A stretch of 64,000 nucleotides of DNA from Deltaproteobacteria bacterium (GCA_033763315.1 JANRKS010000027.1:1-64000); one strand, 5' to 3'; numbered from the stretch's first letter, positions 51,344-62,654 are shown. Program-made: numbers and translations. Notes: a model not told the origin generated them from the letters alone.

Positions 51344-52606
51344 TCAGTCGAATACGCCCTGCGGCGCATCGCTGCTGATGTTGGACGTCACGAGGATGCG
51401 TCGCAAACCGGCGCCATCCTCACGGTAGCCGAATTCGATCGAGTGGCTGCCTGCCGTCAATGGCAAGAGCACCGGCTGGCCCCCTGTGTCGGAGTTGTTG
51501 ATGTCGTCCCAGTTGTACGGTTCCCGCGGTTGCATGTTGTTCCACTTGAACCACGTTCCGTTGTCGATGCGCACCCACATTGAATCGTCTGCCGCGCTTG
51601 GTGCCACCACGATGGCCCAGAACCTATAGGTTGCGGTCGTTGGCACGGTGAAGTCGTAGCGGGCTCGCCCCGTCGCTGGCGGTGCGTTCAGGCTGTTGTT
51701 TCCAGGTTGAACCAGCAGGGTTTCGGTGTTGTCGTCGAAATATAGCGGTGCTGTGATCACGCCAGAATCCACGTTGATCACTTGGTACACAGGCTCGCCT
51801 GCTTGTGCACACGTTTCGTTCGATGTTCCACCTGCCACACCGTTGCGCAACGAGACCACTCGGTAGCAGTACACCTCGTACGCAGACGCGAAGTCGACGA
51901 AGGTGAAATCGGTTGCGGTCCCCAGCACATTGAACGCACCGGAGAAGCCGAGGCGTCGCTCGATACGGTATGAAGTGGCGCCACGTGCGTAGGTCCAGAA
52001 GATTTGGTTTGCGTCCCACCTGGCATCAATGAATCCCAGTGACTTGGGTGCTTCGGCAGGCGAGACCGCCGCCGTGGGAGAGAAGTTGGCGTCGTCGGTA
52101 AACACCATCAGGTCGAGTTTCGTGTTGCTTTCGCGCGACGAAACCTCGAATACGTGGGTGCCTTGGCTCAACGCGAACTGGACTGCTGGCTTGGCCCCAT
52201 TGATGTTGTCGTGCACGAAGTCCCAGTGCCAATCAGCGCCCAGCGCGATGTCCATCCACCGCACCCACGCACCACCGTCCATACGAACCCACAGCGAGTT
52301 GGAAGCGTTGTCAGGTGCCTTCACACGGCCAAACACTCGGTAGTTGCCTGCTGTGTTCACATTGAACTCGTATGCCGCTGCAAATGGCAAAGGAGCCGCA
52401 AAGGCATTGGACTGCGCCACAATAAAGCTGTTGCCGGAAGCAGTTGCTTCGTCCAGCAGCTGAAATGTGCCGTATTCGCCCCCTGGGTTGTAAACCGGGC
52501 TTTCAACCTCTTTCCAAACAGTGTCGGCAAATGCTGGCGCTGCCGTGAAGAGCAGCGCAAGTGCGGCGCCATACTTTAGGACTTGTTTGTTTGAATGCTT
52601 TAACAC
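51344..52606 (-). CDS. Secreted protein with two CBM-like jelly-roll repeats flanking an FN3-like domain
   Basis: Signal peptide AFA-D; duplicated Y.F.V....YR.....AP....S.WVR.D module; GTG start behind AGGGAG. Confidence 0.75.
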   Translation of the reverse strand: MLKHSNKQVLKYGAALALLFTAAPAFADTVWKEVESPVYNPGGEYGTFQLLDEATASGNSFIVAQSNAFAAPLPFAAAYEFNVNTAGNYRVFGRVKAPDNASNSLWVRMDGGAWVRWMDIALGADWHWDFVHDNINGAKPAVQFALSQGTHVFEVSSRESNTKLDLMVFTDDANFSPTAAVSPAEAPKSLGFIDARWDANQIFWTYARGATSYRIERRLGFSGAFNVLGTATDFTFVDFASAYEVYCYRVVSLRNGVAGGTSNETCAQAGEPVYQVINVDSGVITAPLYFDDNTETLLVQPGNNSLNAPPATGRARYDFTVPTTATYRFWAIVVAPSAADDSMWVRIDNGTWFKWNNMQPREPYNWDDINNSDTGGQPVLLPLTAGSHSIEFGYREDGAGLRRILVTSNISSDAPQGVFD

Positions 52607-53074
52607 GTTCTTGTTCTCCCTGGTTGGTAGTGGATTGAGCACGCCACCGAAGGATCGAAATCGCATCCCTTGCGGCGGCCTTGATCACCGCCACCGTAAT
52701 AGGGGTGTGAAGTGGTGAACGATAGTTGAGCAACCTCAAGAATCTGGCCCAAAACAGAAGTGTTTCTGTGCGCGTTCCATTTGTGAACGACGCATGAGTT
52801 GCAGCGACCTTTCCTATGAAACTTTGTCTGAAAATTTTTGCGACAAAACCTTTCGGCATCGTCATTAAAAATCGTCGTGGGAGCGAAGAGCTAAACGTTT
52901 CCATGTCGGTTGCGGCGCGTGGAATTGGCGGGCGACCAGTCTGTCTGTACCGCCCTCGCCCCACGAGTGGTTTGGTCCCTTGCCTATTGACGGACCTCAA
53001 CACAATCAGCGGGTCGTGATGGAATAGGCTTGTGGATGCGGTGCCTTTGCGCTGCGTTACACCAAGGGAGTACG

Positions 53075-54244
53075 ATGAGTGTCACACGCGTTTACAAAGC
53101 GGCTTTGGGATTGACGCTGGTCTTCGCCTGGGTCGGCTGTGCAGGTTCAACGAGCAACGACGACGAGGTTGAAAACTCTGGTGGCGCTGCGGGCGACGAC
53201 AACCCGGGGGGCGGTGGTGCAAAGGGTGGCGTCGGGGGTGAAAAAGCTCCCAGCCCTTCACCCCAAGGTGGCAAGGGAGGCACGGCACAGCCCGGCACTG
53301 GTGGCGCCGCTGAACCAGCCGGCGGCAATGGTGGCGGGGGCGCCGCGGGCGGCATAGGAGGGGTCGTGGGCAGCGGGGGCAGCCCATCCGGCAATGCTGG
53401 CCAGGGCGGATCGCCCACCGGCAGCGGTGGCACAGCAAGCCCAGGCGATGAACCGGGCCCAGCCCTGTCCTCCGAGCAGCAAGACGCCGCTATTGCATTT
53501 TGGAAGAGCAAACTCGATCGAGTCGCTGGCCGTCGCGAGAACGGTCAAATCGTTGAGCTGGCTTTGTGGGAGCCCATCGGCGCTGACGCACCGGCATCGC
53601 GCATGACCGACGAAGTCTTGGCGAAGCTGCTTGGTTTCAACAAACTTCGTCGCCTCGAGATCCACCACCCAAACATGACGAAGGAGGGCGCGCAGGTCAT
53701 CCGGCGGCTTCCTAGCATTGAATTCCTCGGCTTCCAGTACACGGCCAACACCAACGAGACGCTCGATCCCGACTTCATGTTGGTTGCCACCGCCCACCGC
53801 GAACGGCTCAAGGTGTTGAGCTTGAAGCATCTGTTCTCTCAGAAGGGTACGTCCGTTCACAAGCTGGGGGTCTTTCCAAAGCTTGAGTATGCCGTGCTCG
53901 ACAACATGACGGCTCAGTCCGAGGGCGTGCAGTTCCTCAAGCAAAACCCAACCATCGTGGGCCTCGAAATGCACCGAACCAGCATTTCGGGCGCCGAGCT
54001 TAAGGAGATCGCAAGCGCCCTACCGAAGCTTAAATGCTTTCACCTGAAGAAAGCGGGTGGCAGCCTGTCGAGCGCAGACATCGCAAATGCATTCCGCAAT
54101 CATCCCTCGCTTGAGGTCTTCTGGCCGCACGGGATCAGCGCAAGTCTGCCGAACGTTCAGGTTGTCAGCAACGACAACAACGGTGTGTTCAGCAAGCCGT
54201 GCGGAAACCTGCGCCCGGTGGACAAGCCCGACAACACTTTCTGA
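53075..54244 (+). CDS. Lipoprotein with Gly-rich linker and leucine-rich-repeat-like domain
   Basis: WVGC lipobox; LxxLxL periodicity (KLRRLEI, RLKVLSL, KLEYAVL, KLKCFHL). Confidence 0.72.
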   Translation: MSVTRVYKAALGLTLVFAWVGCAGSTSNDDEVENSGGAAGDDNPGGGGAKGGVGGEKAPSPSPQGGKGGTAQPGTGGAAEPAGGNGGGGAAGGIGGVVGSGGSPSGNAGQGGSPTGSGGTASPGDEPGPALSSEQQDAAIAFWKSKLDRVAGRRENGQIVELALWEPIGADAPASRMTDEVLAKLLGFNKLRRLEIHHPNMTKEGAQVIRRLPSIEFLGFQYTANTNETLDPDFMLVATAHRERLKVLSLKHLFSQKGTSVHKLGVFPKLEYAVLDNMTAQSEGVQFLKQNPTIVGLEMHRTSISGAELKEIASALPKLKCFHLKKAGGSLSSADIANAFRNHPSLEVFWPHGISASLPNVQVVSNDNNGVFSKPCGNLRPVDKPDNTF

Positions 54245-54386
54245 TGTGTGAGTGACGTCAGAAGCGTCTGGCTTGGTACACTCGGCCATTGGGTCCCACA
54301 ACCGCCCATCGGGCGCGACAGAATGCCTGGAATTATCGGCAGGCGTTGATATGCGACCTGCGGCTCCCGTTGTGGATAGAAGGGGC

Positions 54387-55556
54387 CTAGGGCACGCAAG
54401 CACCAAACACGGCGTGATCTGGATTCGTAAGCTTTTGGCAGCTGCGGCCGGCTTGGCACGTGGTGGGCTGGTCGAGGCGGCAAATCGGTCGACACACGGG
54501 CACGCCAGTGTTTACGCAGATGAGACCGGGCCCGCAATCGCCCGTGGTTGTGCAAGCCCCACCGTCAACCCCCACGCGTTGAGGGGTCACACATTCGCAG
54601 TCAGTGACTTCGCCGGGCAGCACAAAGCAACGCAAGCCAGTGACACAGCCCTGTTGTGCAGCGCCCCGCGGATCGCACGGCTGCGAACACAGGCGAGCGC
54701 CCGCGGCAGGTTCGTTGGGGCATGACACAAAGTTTGAGCAAGTTCCTGCCATCGGGCATTGCGCGTCTTGCGTGCAGTAGCGTCTACACACGCTGATGCC
54801 ACACCCACGGTTGTAACACTGCGAACCAGGCGCGCACTCTGCGTTGCCGGTGCACACTTCGCCCGGTTGCTTTTGGCCTGCGGGAACGCACATCGTTGCA
54901 GCGTTGCCTGATGCCAAACACGACAGCACACACGCTTGCCCTGTTGTGCATCCCACCGCCGTTGCCGGTGTGCAGATGGTGGTAGGTGTGCCAGCGTCAA
55001 GCGCCCCCGCGTCTGCAGTGGGCACCGCAATCCCTTCGTCACCGGGCTCTTCAAGTGCAAGGCCCCACAGTCCGGATCCGCTGCTATCGCCTTCCCACTG
55101 TTCATAACCCTCCACGTTGGCGCTTGCCGCTTGAACAAGACGCGCGCGGCCCCGCACCAAAAATTTGTTTTCCCCATCGGGCACAACCACCACGCGATAC
55201 ACGCGGCCCACGGGTGGCGGTGGCACAAACTGCCGTGTGCGTACGGGCACGGCGAACGCCGTGTTCTGGGGTTCGATCAAAACTGCCGTATCGGTCAGGG
55301 GCGCACGCCCTCGCCGCGCCACGCCTGTGGCCAAGCCGACGCGCAACGGTCGAGGCGTCGCCAAAGCGTCTGCCGGTATGAACAACTCCACGCGCTGGCG
55401 CCCCTTGCCCAAGGTCACCATCGCATCAGTGCCGCCCGCTTGCACAGACTGCTGCTCTGCCAGCACGTTGAACAATTTGTCGGTGTCGCCAAAACAAGCG
55501 ACCACCAGCGCCGCAGATACCGTCGCACCCAGCACAACAAATTTCGCCGACCGCAT
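54387..55556 (-). CDS. Cys-rich repeat lipoprotein (myxobacterial type)
   Basis: VVAC lipobox; C-terminal GxxCxxxxxCxxGxxC and CxxxC repeats. Confidence 0.8.
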   Translation of the reverse strand: MRSAKFVVLGATVSAALVVACFGDTDKLFNVLAEQQSVQAGGTDAMVTLGKGRQRVELFIPADALATPRPLRVGLATGVARRGRAPLTDTAVLIEPQNTAFAVPVRTRQFVPPPPVGRVYRVVVVPDGENKFLVRGRARLVQAASANVEGYEQWEGDSSGSGLWGLALEEPGDEGIAVPTADAGALDAGTPTTICTPATAVGCTTGQACVLSCLASGNAATMCVPAGQKQPGEVCTGNAECAPGSQCYNRGCGISVCRRYCTQDAQCPMAGTCSNFVSCPNEPAAGARLCSQPCDPRGAAQQGCVTGLRCFVLPGEVTDCECVTPQRVGVDGGACTTTGDCGPGLICVNTGVPVCRPICRLDQPTTCQAGRSCQKLTNPDHAVFGACVP

Positions 55557-55628
55557 GTAAGCCAACATCGGCAGAAAGGCGGTCAAGCCTTAACAACGTC
55601 CCTGGCACCTCACGGCAAAGATGGCCCC

Positions 55629-56678
55629 TTAGTCACCAAAGCCACCGCCTGAGTCACCTCCGTCCCACCCGCCTCCGTCAGAGGACTCGAAGCCACCGCC
55701 CCCGTCGCCATCATACGCGGCGTCCCACACGCTGCCCCCCTCATCAACAGAGCTCATGTCATCACTATAATCATGCGCCGCCGTTTGTTCGGCGTAGGCG
55801 ATGTTGTCGTCAGACGCCAACGAAGGTTCGGCCTGAACATCAGCCAAAGACGCAATGGGTGCACCGCCCGAACTGTAGAGCATCATCGGCGACGGCATCA
55901 TCATGTGCATCATCGTTGAGAACATCATCATGTCCAACATCATGCCCATGGGGGATGGGTAGTAAGTGACGAATGGATCGTAGCCAGGTGCCATCGGTTG
56001 TGCTGGTCCCTGCTCAGGGCGCGCCAGGTCTTTGCTGCGCGGCTTCACCAAGCGTGATTCGGTCTTCTCAAGCACCACTTGGGCCTCAGGCAAAGCCGCC
56101 GCAAGCGCTGCCTGCAGTCTTTGCACAAACGACTCGAACGCCAAGCGCGACGCTTCGAGCATGCCCGCCTGCTTCACCAAAGGTTCAACGCGCGCCTGGT
56201 ATGCATCTGCCGTCTCGCCAGGAAAGGGCTCAAGGGTACGAATGCGTCCCCCCACCGAAACAATGGCCGCGGGCTCATCACGCAAGTGCTTCGTGCGGGC
56301 CCGCGTTTCGATAACCATGTGAACGCCCGCTTCCTCGTGTTCTGCTGCAAAACGCAGCTCTTTGAATCCGCGGCCAAACACAGACGCGTGTTCCGAAAGC
56401 GCTAAAATAAGATCGCCCAAATCGTCGGGGCGGCCTTGCGTGTCCGAGAAGATCGTCGTGTCATCAATGACGAGTGACAACGCGTTCGTCACGCCCAGTT
56501 TCGCCAACGAGCGTCGCGTGCTGTCGACCACAGCCGTCGCCTCAAGCTCATTCTCCACTTCGCCGGTCTCAAGATTGACCTTCGCACCCAAGCCCCCCTT
56601 CAAACGTTCCCACATCGTAGGATCCCGCCGAACCATGTTGCCCCTCACCGTGATGTGAATCTGCCCGACAAGCCGCAT
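55629..56678 (-). CDS. Hypothetical protein with Met-rich segment and Asp/Gly tail
   Basis: 349-aa ORF; PMGMMLDMMMFSTMMHMMMPSPMML followed by a DGGGGF-type tail. Confidence 0.75.
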   Translation of the reverse strand: MRLVGQIHITVRGNMVRRDPTMWERLKGGLGAKVNLETGEVENELEATAVVDSTRRSLAKLGVTNALSLVIDDTTIFSDTQGRPDDLGDLILALSEHASVFGRGFKELRFAAEHEEAGVHMVIETRARTKHLRDEPAAIVSVGGRIRTLEPFPGETADAYQARVEPLVKQAGMLEASRLAFESFVQRLQAALAAALPEAQVVLEKTESRLVKPRSKDLARPEQGPAQPMAPGYDPFVTYYPSPMGMMLDMMMFSTMMHMMMPSPMMLYSSGGAPIASLADVQAEPSLASDDNIAYAEQTAAHDYSDDMSSVDEGGSVWDAAYDGDGGGGFESSDGGGWDGGDSGGGFGD

Positions 56679-56817
56679 GCTGTGCTTCTACTACCCTCGG
56701 GGCCCAGATGCCATTGGGGAACCCATCAACGGCAACACGGACGTCGCGTTCTGCACGCCCACTTTGCGGTAAGTGCTTCCGGTCAATCCCTATTCCGCCG
56801 CGCCAAGTGCCTTGCGA

Positions 56818-58248
56818 TCACGCCCGCAGCACGTCTTTGATCGTGCCCTCGCCTTTTCCAAATTTCGTCACGTCCGTAAGGTCCGCGGCCTGGGCCAGCG
56901 TGGCGTAGGCCGCCCCCATGTGCTGCGACCCCTTGAGCACGAAGTCTTTGTCGCCCTCGTCAGGCACCTCGCGCGTGAAGAAGTCGGGCCAATACGGCGC
57001 CTTCACCCGCGTGTTCTTGCCAGCCAACATAAACAACAGTTGCGCGTCGAAACCGTTGTGGTGCCGCAAGCCGCTGTTGGTGAGCCAGATCATCACAGTG
57101 TTTTCGCCCATCGTGCCCGACCCCTCGGCGAACTCATCCATACGCTTGCGCATCCACGCGATCTCACCCGCTACGTATTTGTGGATCTTCGCACACTCAG
57201 TCACAGCCGCGTCGGTGCGCGAATGAAAAAGGCCATTGTGCATCTCTCCATAGTTATTGAAGTCGGGACCCGCCAAGTTCTTCCACGGATCTTCGCTGAA
57301 ATACGCAAACCCGTTTAGCGTCAAATGCGAGACGTGGGTTAGCTCATAACCCTGCACAAGCACCGAAAGATCTGCCAAGGCCCGCACCACATCACGATTC
57401 ATCGTCGTGTCATCCAACGTTGGCGCCGGTGGCTTCTCGCCTAAGCGCGAAGGCGTCTTCGTGAGGCCCGTGGCTTTGCGTTCGAATTCACGCAGCGATT
57501 CGATCGCTTGATCCAATTTCGCCCTATCGGCCCCCGCGGCCAGCTTCATGCGCGCCCGGTTGAGATCGTCCACCATGCCGTCAAACAGGGATTTCTTGTC
57601 CACCAACGTTTTCTCAACGGCCGGCGTGGAGACGTTCATGACCGAGCCAAAGTAGGCGGCATACGCTTTGACGGGGCTTGTGTAGCAAGGCGCCAATTTT
57701 GCTGCATCATCATAGCTTGGGCACGCGGCGCTTTTGTACGTGCTGCAGAACGGTCCCATGTTTGTGGACTGGTGAACGTCGCCATAACGCTGCTGTAGGC
57801 GCTTGCCAAGGAACCTATCGATCGAAATGCCGCCCGCCGCGGGTTCGTCGAACGTTTGCCGAAAGTTCGCGGTCAAAAGCATGGAGTCCATGCCGTGGTT
57901 TGGAAAGAACGTCAGCGAATCGTTGTATCCGTAAAGGCCAAACCACAGGGCCACGTCGTTCTTGTAGGGCGCAAAGCTTTGGGCCCACGCGGGCAGATCG
58001 AAATCTGTGGGCGAGGCATAACGTGCAGAGAAAAGTTTGCTCTTCTTGCCGGTGTTCGTGGCAGCCGTAGAGCCAAGCAAATCCGCTGAGTGCGACCATG
58101 CGTTTCCCTGCGTGAGAAACAAAAAGCGGCGGCTCGGGCCCGAAGCCGCGCGCGCGTCCGAGATGATGCGACCCATGAGGCCGCCCAGCAGCGGCGACGC
58201 CGCACCCAACCCCAAACCTTTGATAAGCGCTCGACGTTTGAACAGCAT
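56818..58248 (-). CDS. DUF1552 family protein (Tat-like signal)
   Basis: KRRALIKG, GISID, DKKSLFD, DRAKLDQ..SLREFE; paired with the upstream DUF1592 gene. Confidence 0.85.
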   Translation of the reverse strand: MLFKRRALIKGLGLGAASPLLGGLMGRIISDARAASGPSRRFLFLTQGNAWSHSADLLGSTAATNTGKKSKLFSARYASPTDFDLPAWAQSFAPYKNDVALWFGLYGYNDSLTFFPNHGMDSMLLTANFRQTFDEPAAGGISIDRFLGKRLQQRYGDVHQSTNMGPFCSTYKSAACPSYDDAAKLAPCYTSPVKAYAAYFGSVMNVSTPAVEKTLVDKKSLFDGMVDDLNRARMKLAAGADRAKLDQAIESLREFERKATGLTKTPSRLGEKPPAPTLDDTTMNRDVVRALADLSVLVQGYELTHVSHLTLNGFAYFSEDPWKNLAGPDFNNYGEMHNGLFHSRTDAAVTECAKIHKYVAGEIAWMRKRMDEFAEGSGTMGENTVMIWLTNSGLRHHNGFDAQLLFMLAGKNTRVKAPYWPDFFTREVPDEGDKDFVLKGSQHMGAAYATLAQAADLTDVTKFGKGEGTIKDVLRA

Positions 58249-58284
58249 GCGAAGGTCGTCCTTTCTATATGAGGCGGGGGAAAG

Positions 58285-59937
58285 CTATTGATCGCGGGGC
58301 GCCGCGCGGAAGCGGAACGCCTCGCTGGCCACGGTCTCGGCAAACAAGCCAAGCACATCGCCGTCGACAGCGGCGCGCGTCGCCGCAAGAGCGGCTACGT
58401 GGCATTCATCGGTCTCGCTTTGCTTGCGGCCTTGCAGGTACTCAAACACTTGACCCGCAAAGCAGGATCGTACGGCTTGTGACTCCGCCAGCTTCAAACC
58501 AAGCGCACGCGCGTTTGCCACCTCACCCGAAAGCGTGGGCAGATCAACTGTGGCCGATGTGGCAAACGGCTTCGACGTTTCGGGATCTTTGTCGCGCCAC
58601 ACGCCCAAGCGATCGTAAGCCGCGAAGGGTTGGCCCAGCGGATCCAGTATCTTGTGGCAAAAGGCACAATCGGGGCGGTTCACGTGCTGGGCCCGCGCCT
58701 CTTCCGTGGTGACGGAGCGGCCCACCATGGCCTCCAATGCCTTCTTCGTGGCATCCAGATCGGCAGAGACGTTGTTGGGTGGATCGGGCACCGGCGTGCA
58801 CAGCAAGCGCTCACTTACAAAGCGACCGCGCGCACTTTGGTTCGTGTGCCGGCCCATCACCAAACCCAAACTCAAAAGGCCCGCCGTGTCGGCATCGGCC
58901 TTCGGCGTGTACTTCATCCACATGCCCTCGGGCACGCTCACATTTGCGTTTGTCAACTTCGCAAGGGGCGCGTTCAAGAACGTGTAGTTGGCCGAAAGCA
59001 AAGTGGAAAGTTTTCCGCCGTCTTGCCACAACACTTGGTCTAGGAAGCGTCTGGCCTGCTCGGCATAATCGGCGTTGGCGGCGGGTTTGCCTTGGTCTAC
59101 GAAGTCCTCGAAGAAGGCCTGCACACCCTGTGCGAGCGTTGCGCTTTTGAGAATGCGTTGTGCGGCCTTACGAACGTCCTCTGCAGACGCCAATTTGTTG
59201 TTGGCCGCGGCCTGCAGAAGCTCCGCGTCCGGCGGCCCATCGGTGAGCCCGTAAGAGAGTGCGGATGCAATTTCATATGAGGACAGCGCAAACGTAGCGC
59301 CACGTTTTTGGCCAATCTCAAGACGAAACAAGACGTCGGGTGCCATCAAAAGTCGTTGCACAACGAACGTCAGCGCTTGCTGCGGGTTGGCTGCCTTGCT
59401 TACTGAATCGAAGAAGCCAAGGTAGATGTCACGCTCTTCCTTTGTGAAAGGCCGGCGCCAGGCGCGCAGGCCAAACCCGTCCAGCATCTCGCCCACGCAG
59501 CTTCTATTGATGCCTTTGCTCATGCAGGCGGCCAGGCGCTCGGGGTTCGCGATCGCCGCCGCCGCCGCGGCTTCTACGGCTCCCATCAGCGATTCAGTGA
59601 CGCCTAAGTTGTTCGAGAGCACCTGCTCACCATTCGAGAACGGCTGGGTGCGCGGCAGGTTCGTCTGCAGGTCTTGAATCAACTTCTTGTCGGGGGCCGC
59701 TGGCCCCAGCAGCGCCGCAAATGTGTTCTGTAGCTGCACCGGCGTCAGACGGTATATGCGCTGTGGAAGCACAGCACACGCCTGGCCATTGGCACCACCT
59801 GCCGAAGGCTGCTCGGGCACGCCGCCATTCGCCGTGTCACCAGCGATGGTGCCCGAACAGCCGGCAAGGCTGACAACAAGTGACAACATGCCCGCGGGGC
59901 CAACTACCAAACTGCCCATAGAAAGCCGCATGGCCAT
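58285..59937 (-). CDS. DUF1587/1595/1592/1588/1585 family lipoprotein with CxxCH
   Basis: LAGC lipobox, RLT..QLQNT, RAWRRP, YEIASALSY..GPPDAELL, RGRFV..LLC, CAFCHKILDPLG. Confidence 0.88.
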   Translation of the reverse strand: MAMRLSMGSLVVGPAGMLSLVVSLAGCSGTIAGDTANGGVPEQPSAGGANGQACAVLPQRIYRLTPVQLQNTFAALLGPAAPDKKLIQDLQTNLPRTQPFSNGEQVLSNNLGVTESLMGAVEAAAAAAIANPERLAACMSKGINRSCVGEMLDGFGLRAWRRPFTKEERDIYLGFFDSVSKAANPQQALTFVVQRLLMAPDVLFRLEIGQKRGATFALSSYEIASALSYGLTDGPPDAELLQAAANNKLASAEDVRKAAQRILKSATLAQGVQAFFEDFVDQGKPAANADYAEQARRFLDQVLWQDGGKLSTLLSANYTFLNAPLAKLTNANVSVPEGMWMKYTPKADADTAGLLSLGLVMGRHTNQSARGRFVSERLLCTPVPDPPNNVSADLDATKKALEAMVGRSVTTEEARAQHVNRPDCAFCHKILDPLGQPFAAYDRLGVWRDKDPETSKPFATSATVDLPTLSGEVANARALGLKLAESQAVRSCFAGQVFEYLQGRKQSETDECHVAALAATRAAVDGDVLGLFAETVASEAFRFRAAPRDQ

Positions 59938-60111
59938 ACCCTCAGCAAGGATGGTGCCGCATAACCAATGCATCCACGCTCAAGCCAGACGCACCTTTAC
60001 GTCGATGCTAGCTGTGCAGATGTGCACAGGTGCAACATTCGCGCACACCGCACAAAGCATTCGGCCACGAATCTCCTTACGTGCCCGATCCCAAAACACA
60101 ATGAATGTCCT

Positions 60112-61212
60112 ATGATCTCTGTTGTGCGCGCGCGACCCGCGATCCGCTTGATATTCACGCTCGTCTTCGGGCCTGTATCCGCTTGCACGCTGGTGGTGGA
60201 TCCGGGGCACTATGGCGAAGGGGCGAACGAAGCGTCGCCCGCGCTTTTGCTCGGCGGCGAGCGTGCGTCCAGCCAACCCACGGCCACGGCCGATACGCTG
60301 CTCGCGAAAGCCACGGGCGAAGGGCTTCCGCTCGGTTGGTCGCCGCAATTGGCTTTGCCGCAAGCGGGGATTTGGCACGGACACGCGTCCGCCAAACAAG
60401 TGGTGGCGTTTTGGTATGATCGCATGGGTTCGGTTCTGGCCAACGCATCTTGGAACGGCAAAACGCTTGGCCCGTGGACAAAACAACCCGGCCCACTCGT
60501 GCCGGTCGAGCAGTTGGAAGCCGGCCTGGCTCTCACCGAGGGCGCCATCTTCTTGGTGGGCAGCACACAAGGGCCAGGTGACGACGACAAGAGCAAAGTC
60601 TCCATCGCTCGACGTAACAACGGCGCGTATGGCGAATTCGAGGCCGCGCCCGTAAGACTCATCAACGGCCGGTTCCGTCCCACGCTGCTCGTGTGCCAGG
60701 GCCATCTGCTGGTCTTGGGCGGCGAAGGCAACCATCTTGGCGATCCTGTGCCGGTCGAACACTTCGATTTCGCGAAACTCACGAACCAAAACACTGGCGT
60801 CGCCCAATTTGCGGCGGGCCCAAGCTTCGCCATGGATGGGCGTCCCCACCGCGTTTCAAACGCCGCTGCGGTCTGCGCGTTTGGGTCTGTGTATGTCCTT
60901 GGTGGTCTTTCCCCCACCGTGAACGAAACCACCGACGTGGTGTTATCGGCAGCGTTCACCGCCGAAGGGCGTGCAGGCCCGTGGAGGCCACAAACACGTT
61001 TGCCATCCCCTTTGCGGCAAGCTGCGGCGTTCGTTTCCGGGCGGCGTTTGGTGGTCGCGGGAGGCCGCTCGGGACCAAACGCCCCGGCCAACACCAAGGT
61101 GATCTCGAGCCAAATCGGCGCCGATGGGTCGCTGAGTCCATGGGTCACCGAAACCGCCGCCGCCTTACCCGATGGCTGGGTCAACGCGCGCGCGGTGCCG
61201 CTCTCCAACTAG
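60112..61212 (+). CDS. Kelch-like beta-propeller lipoprotein
   Basis: VSAC lipobox; LLVLGG, VYVLGG, LVVAGG ... W ... LP repeats. Confidence 0.72.
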   Translation: MISVVRARPAIRLIFTLVFGPVSACTLVVDPGHYGEGANEASPALLLGGERASSQPTATADTLLAKATGEGLPLGWSPQLALPQAGIWHGHASAKQVVAFWYDRMGSVLANASWNGKTLGPWTKQPGPLVPVEQLEAGLALTEGAIFLVGSTQGPGDDDKSKVSIARRNNGAYGEFEAAPVRLINGRFRPTLLVCQGHLLVLGGEGNHLGDPVPVEHFDFAKLTNQNTGVAQFAAGPSFAMDGRPHRVSNAAAVCAFGSVYVLGGLSPTVNETTDVVLSAAFTAEGRAGPWRPQTRLPSPLRQAAAFVSGRRLVVAGGRSGPNAPANTKVISSQIGADGSLSPWVTETAAALPDGWVNARAVPLSN

Positions 61213-61244
61213 GCCGCCCCACACACATAAGCGCCACTCACGGT

Positions 61245-62654
61245 ATGATAGATGTGTCCTTGCCCATGAACGAGCTTCCCGAGACAGCCCTTGACGCTCT
61301 AGGCGCCGCGGAGCCCTCGCCTGCCATTTCGCGCGTGCTGCTCATCGTGGAACGCGCAAGCGCGGATGCCACAAGCGACGTGATCGAACTGGGTGAAGGC
61401 GCAGAGCTGCACATCGGACGCGTGGCTGGCACACACACGCTGGCCATTGACGATCCGCGCGTGTCGCGGCAGCACGCCCGGGTGTGGTTGGAAGCGGGCG
61501 TGCTGTCGGTGGAAGATTTGGGCGGCCGCAATGGCACGCTCGTCAACGATCGCTTGCTGATGAAGGGTCGCTTGCGCGTCGAAGGTGGCGACTGCATCAA
61601 AATCGCCAACGTCACAATCACCGTGGGCGCGTTTCGCGCGCGTGAGGTGGCCGCCGATGTGACGTTTGAATCACAAGGCGAAGTCACGCCTGGCGCGGGC
61701 GTCATCGTGGCCGAGGCGTCTATGAAGCAAGTGTTTGCTTTGGCGCACCGCCTGGCGCACCTGCCCACCACGGTGCTTTTGCTGGGCGAATCCGGCGCGG
61801 GTAAGCAGATCGTGGCCGAAGCGATTGCGCGCGGAGGCCCCCGGCATGCCGCCCCGTTTATTCGCGTCAACTGCGCGGCGCTGCCTGAGCAGTTGGTGGA
61901 AAGCGCGCTCTTCGGTCATGAGAAAGGCGCGTTTACGGGCGCCGATCGGAGGCACATCGGGTTCTTTGAAGCGGCAGGCAGTGGCACGCTTTTCCTCGAC
62001 GAAGTTGGCGAGTTGCCCCCACCCGCACAAGCCAAGCTGCTTACGGCGCTCGAAAGCCACGTGATCATCCGCGTGGGCGACACACGCGAGATCCCGGTGC
62101 TGGCGCGCGTGGTGGCCGCCACCAACCGCGATCTGTGGCAAGAGGTCAAAGCGGGGCGGTTCCGCGAAGATCTGTTCTTTCGGTTAAGTGCATTCACGCT
62201 TGAGGTTCCGCCGTTGCGAACGCGGCCCCAAGAAGTGCGCCTGTTGGCAGAAGTGTTCGTCAAACAGCTGGCCAAAGCGGCCGCCACGCCCGCCCCCGTG
62301 ATCGCGCCCGACGCGCACGCGCTGTTGCGAAGCCATTTTTGGCCCGGCAATGTGCGCGAGCTTCGCAACGCCATGGAATACGCATTTGTTGTGGCGTCCG
62401 AAGGCGTGATTCACGCCCATCACCTGCCCACGAGCGTAAGCAGCAAAGCGCAAGGTGTGCCCAATCCATCTGCATCGGCAAGCGCGCTGCCCGATTCGAT
62501 GGACGATCTTGAACGCCGCAGCGTCGAAGCCGCAATGACCACGGAGCGGGGCAACCAAACACGCGCCGCTTTGCGCTTGGGTATCTCGCGGCGCGCGCTG
62601 ATTCACAAGCTTGATAAGCACGGCATCTCGCGCCGCCATGGGGCCCCGCCGTGA
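61245..62654 (+). CDS. FHA-domain sigma-54-dependent enhancer-binding protein
   Basis: FHA (IGR...VSRQHA...NGT), [32 protein letters not shown]-terminal HTH. Confidence 0.94.
   Translation: MIDVSLPMNELPETALDALGAAEPSPAISRVLLIVERASADATSDVIELGEGAELHIGRVAGTHTLAIDDPRVSRQHARVWLEAGVLSVEDLGGRNGTLVNDRLLMKGRLRVEGGDCIKIANVTITVGAFRAREVAADVTFESQGEVTPGAGVIVAEASMKQVFALAHRLAHLPTTVLLLGESGAGKQIVAEAIARGGPRHAAPFIRVNCAALPEQLVESALFGHEKGAFTGADRRHIGFFEAAGSGTLFLDEVGELPPPAQAKLLTALESHVIIRVGDTREIPVLARVVAATNRDLWQEVKAGRFREDLFFRLSAFTLEVPPLRTRPQEVRLLAEVFVKQLAKAAATPAPVIAPDAHALLRSHFWPGNVRELRNAMEYAFVVASEGVIHAHHLPTSVSSKAQGVPNPSASASALPDSMDDLERRSVEAAMTTERGNQTRAALRLGISRRALIHKLDKHGISRRHGAPP

Noticed and set aside
60693-61244. N-terminal extension of the FHA-EBP ORF
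   Set aside because: Overlaps the Kelch-like gene in another frame and has Arg-rich shadow composition.
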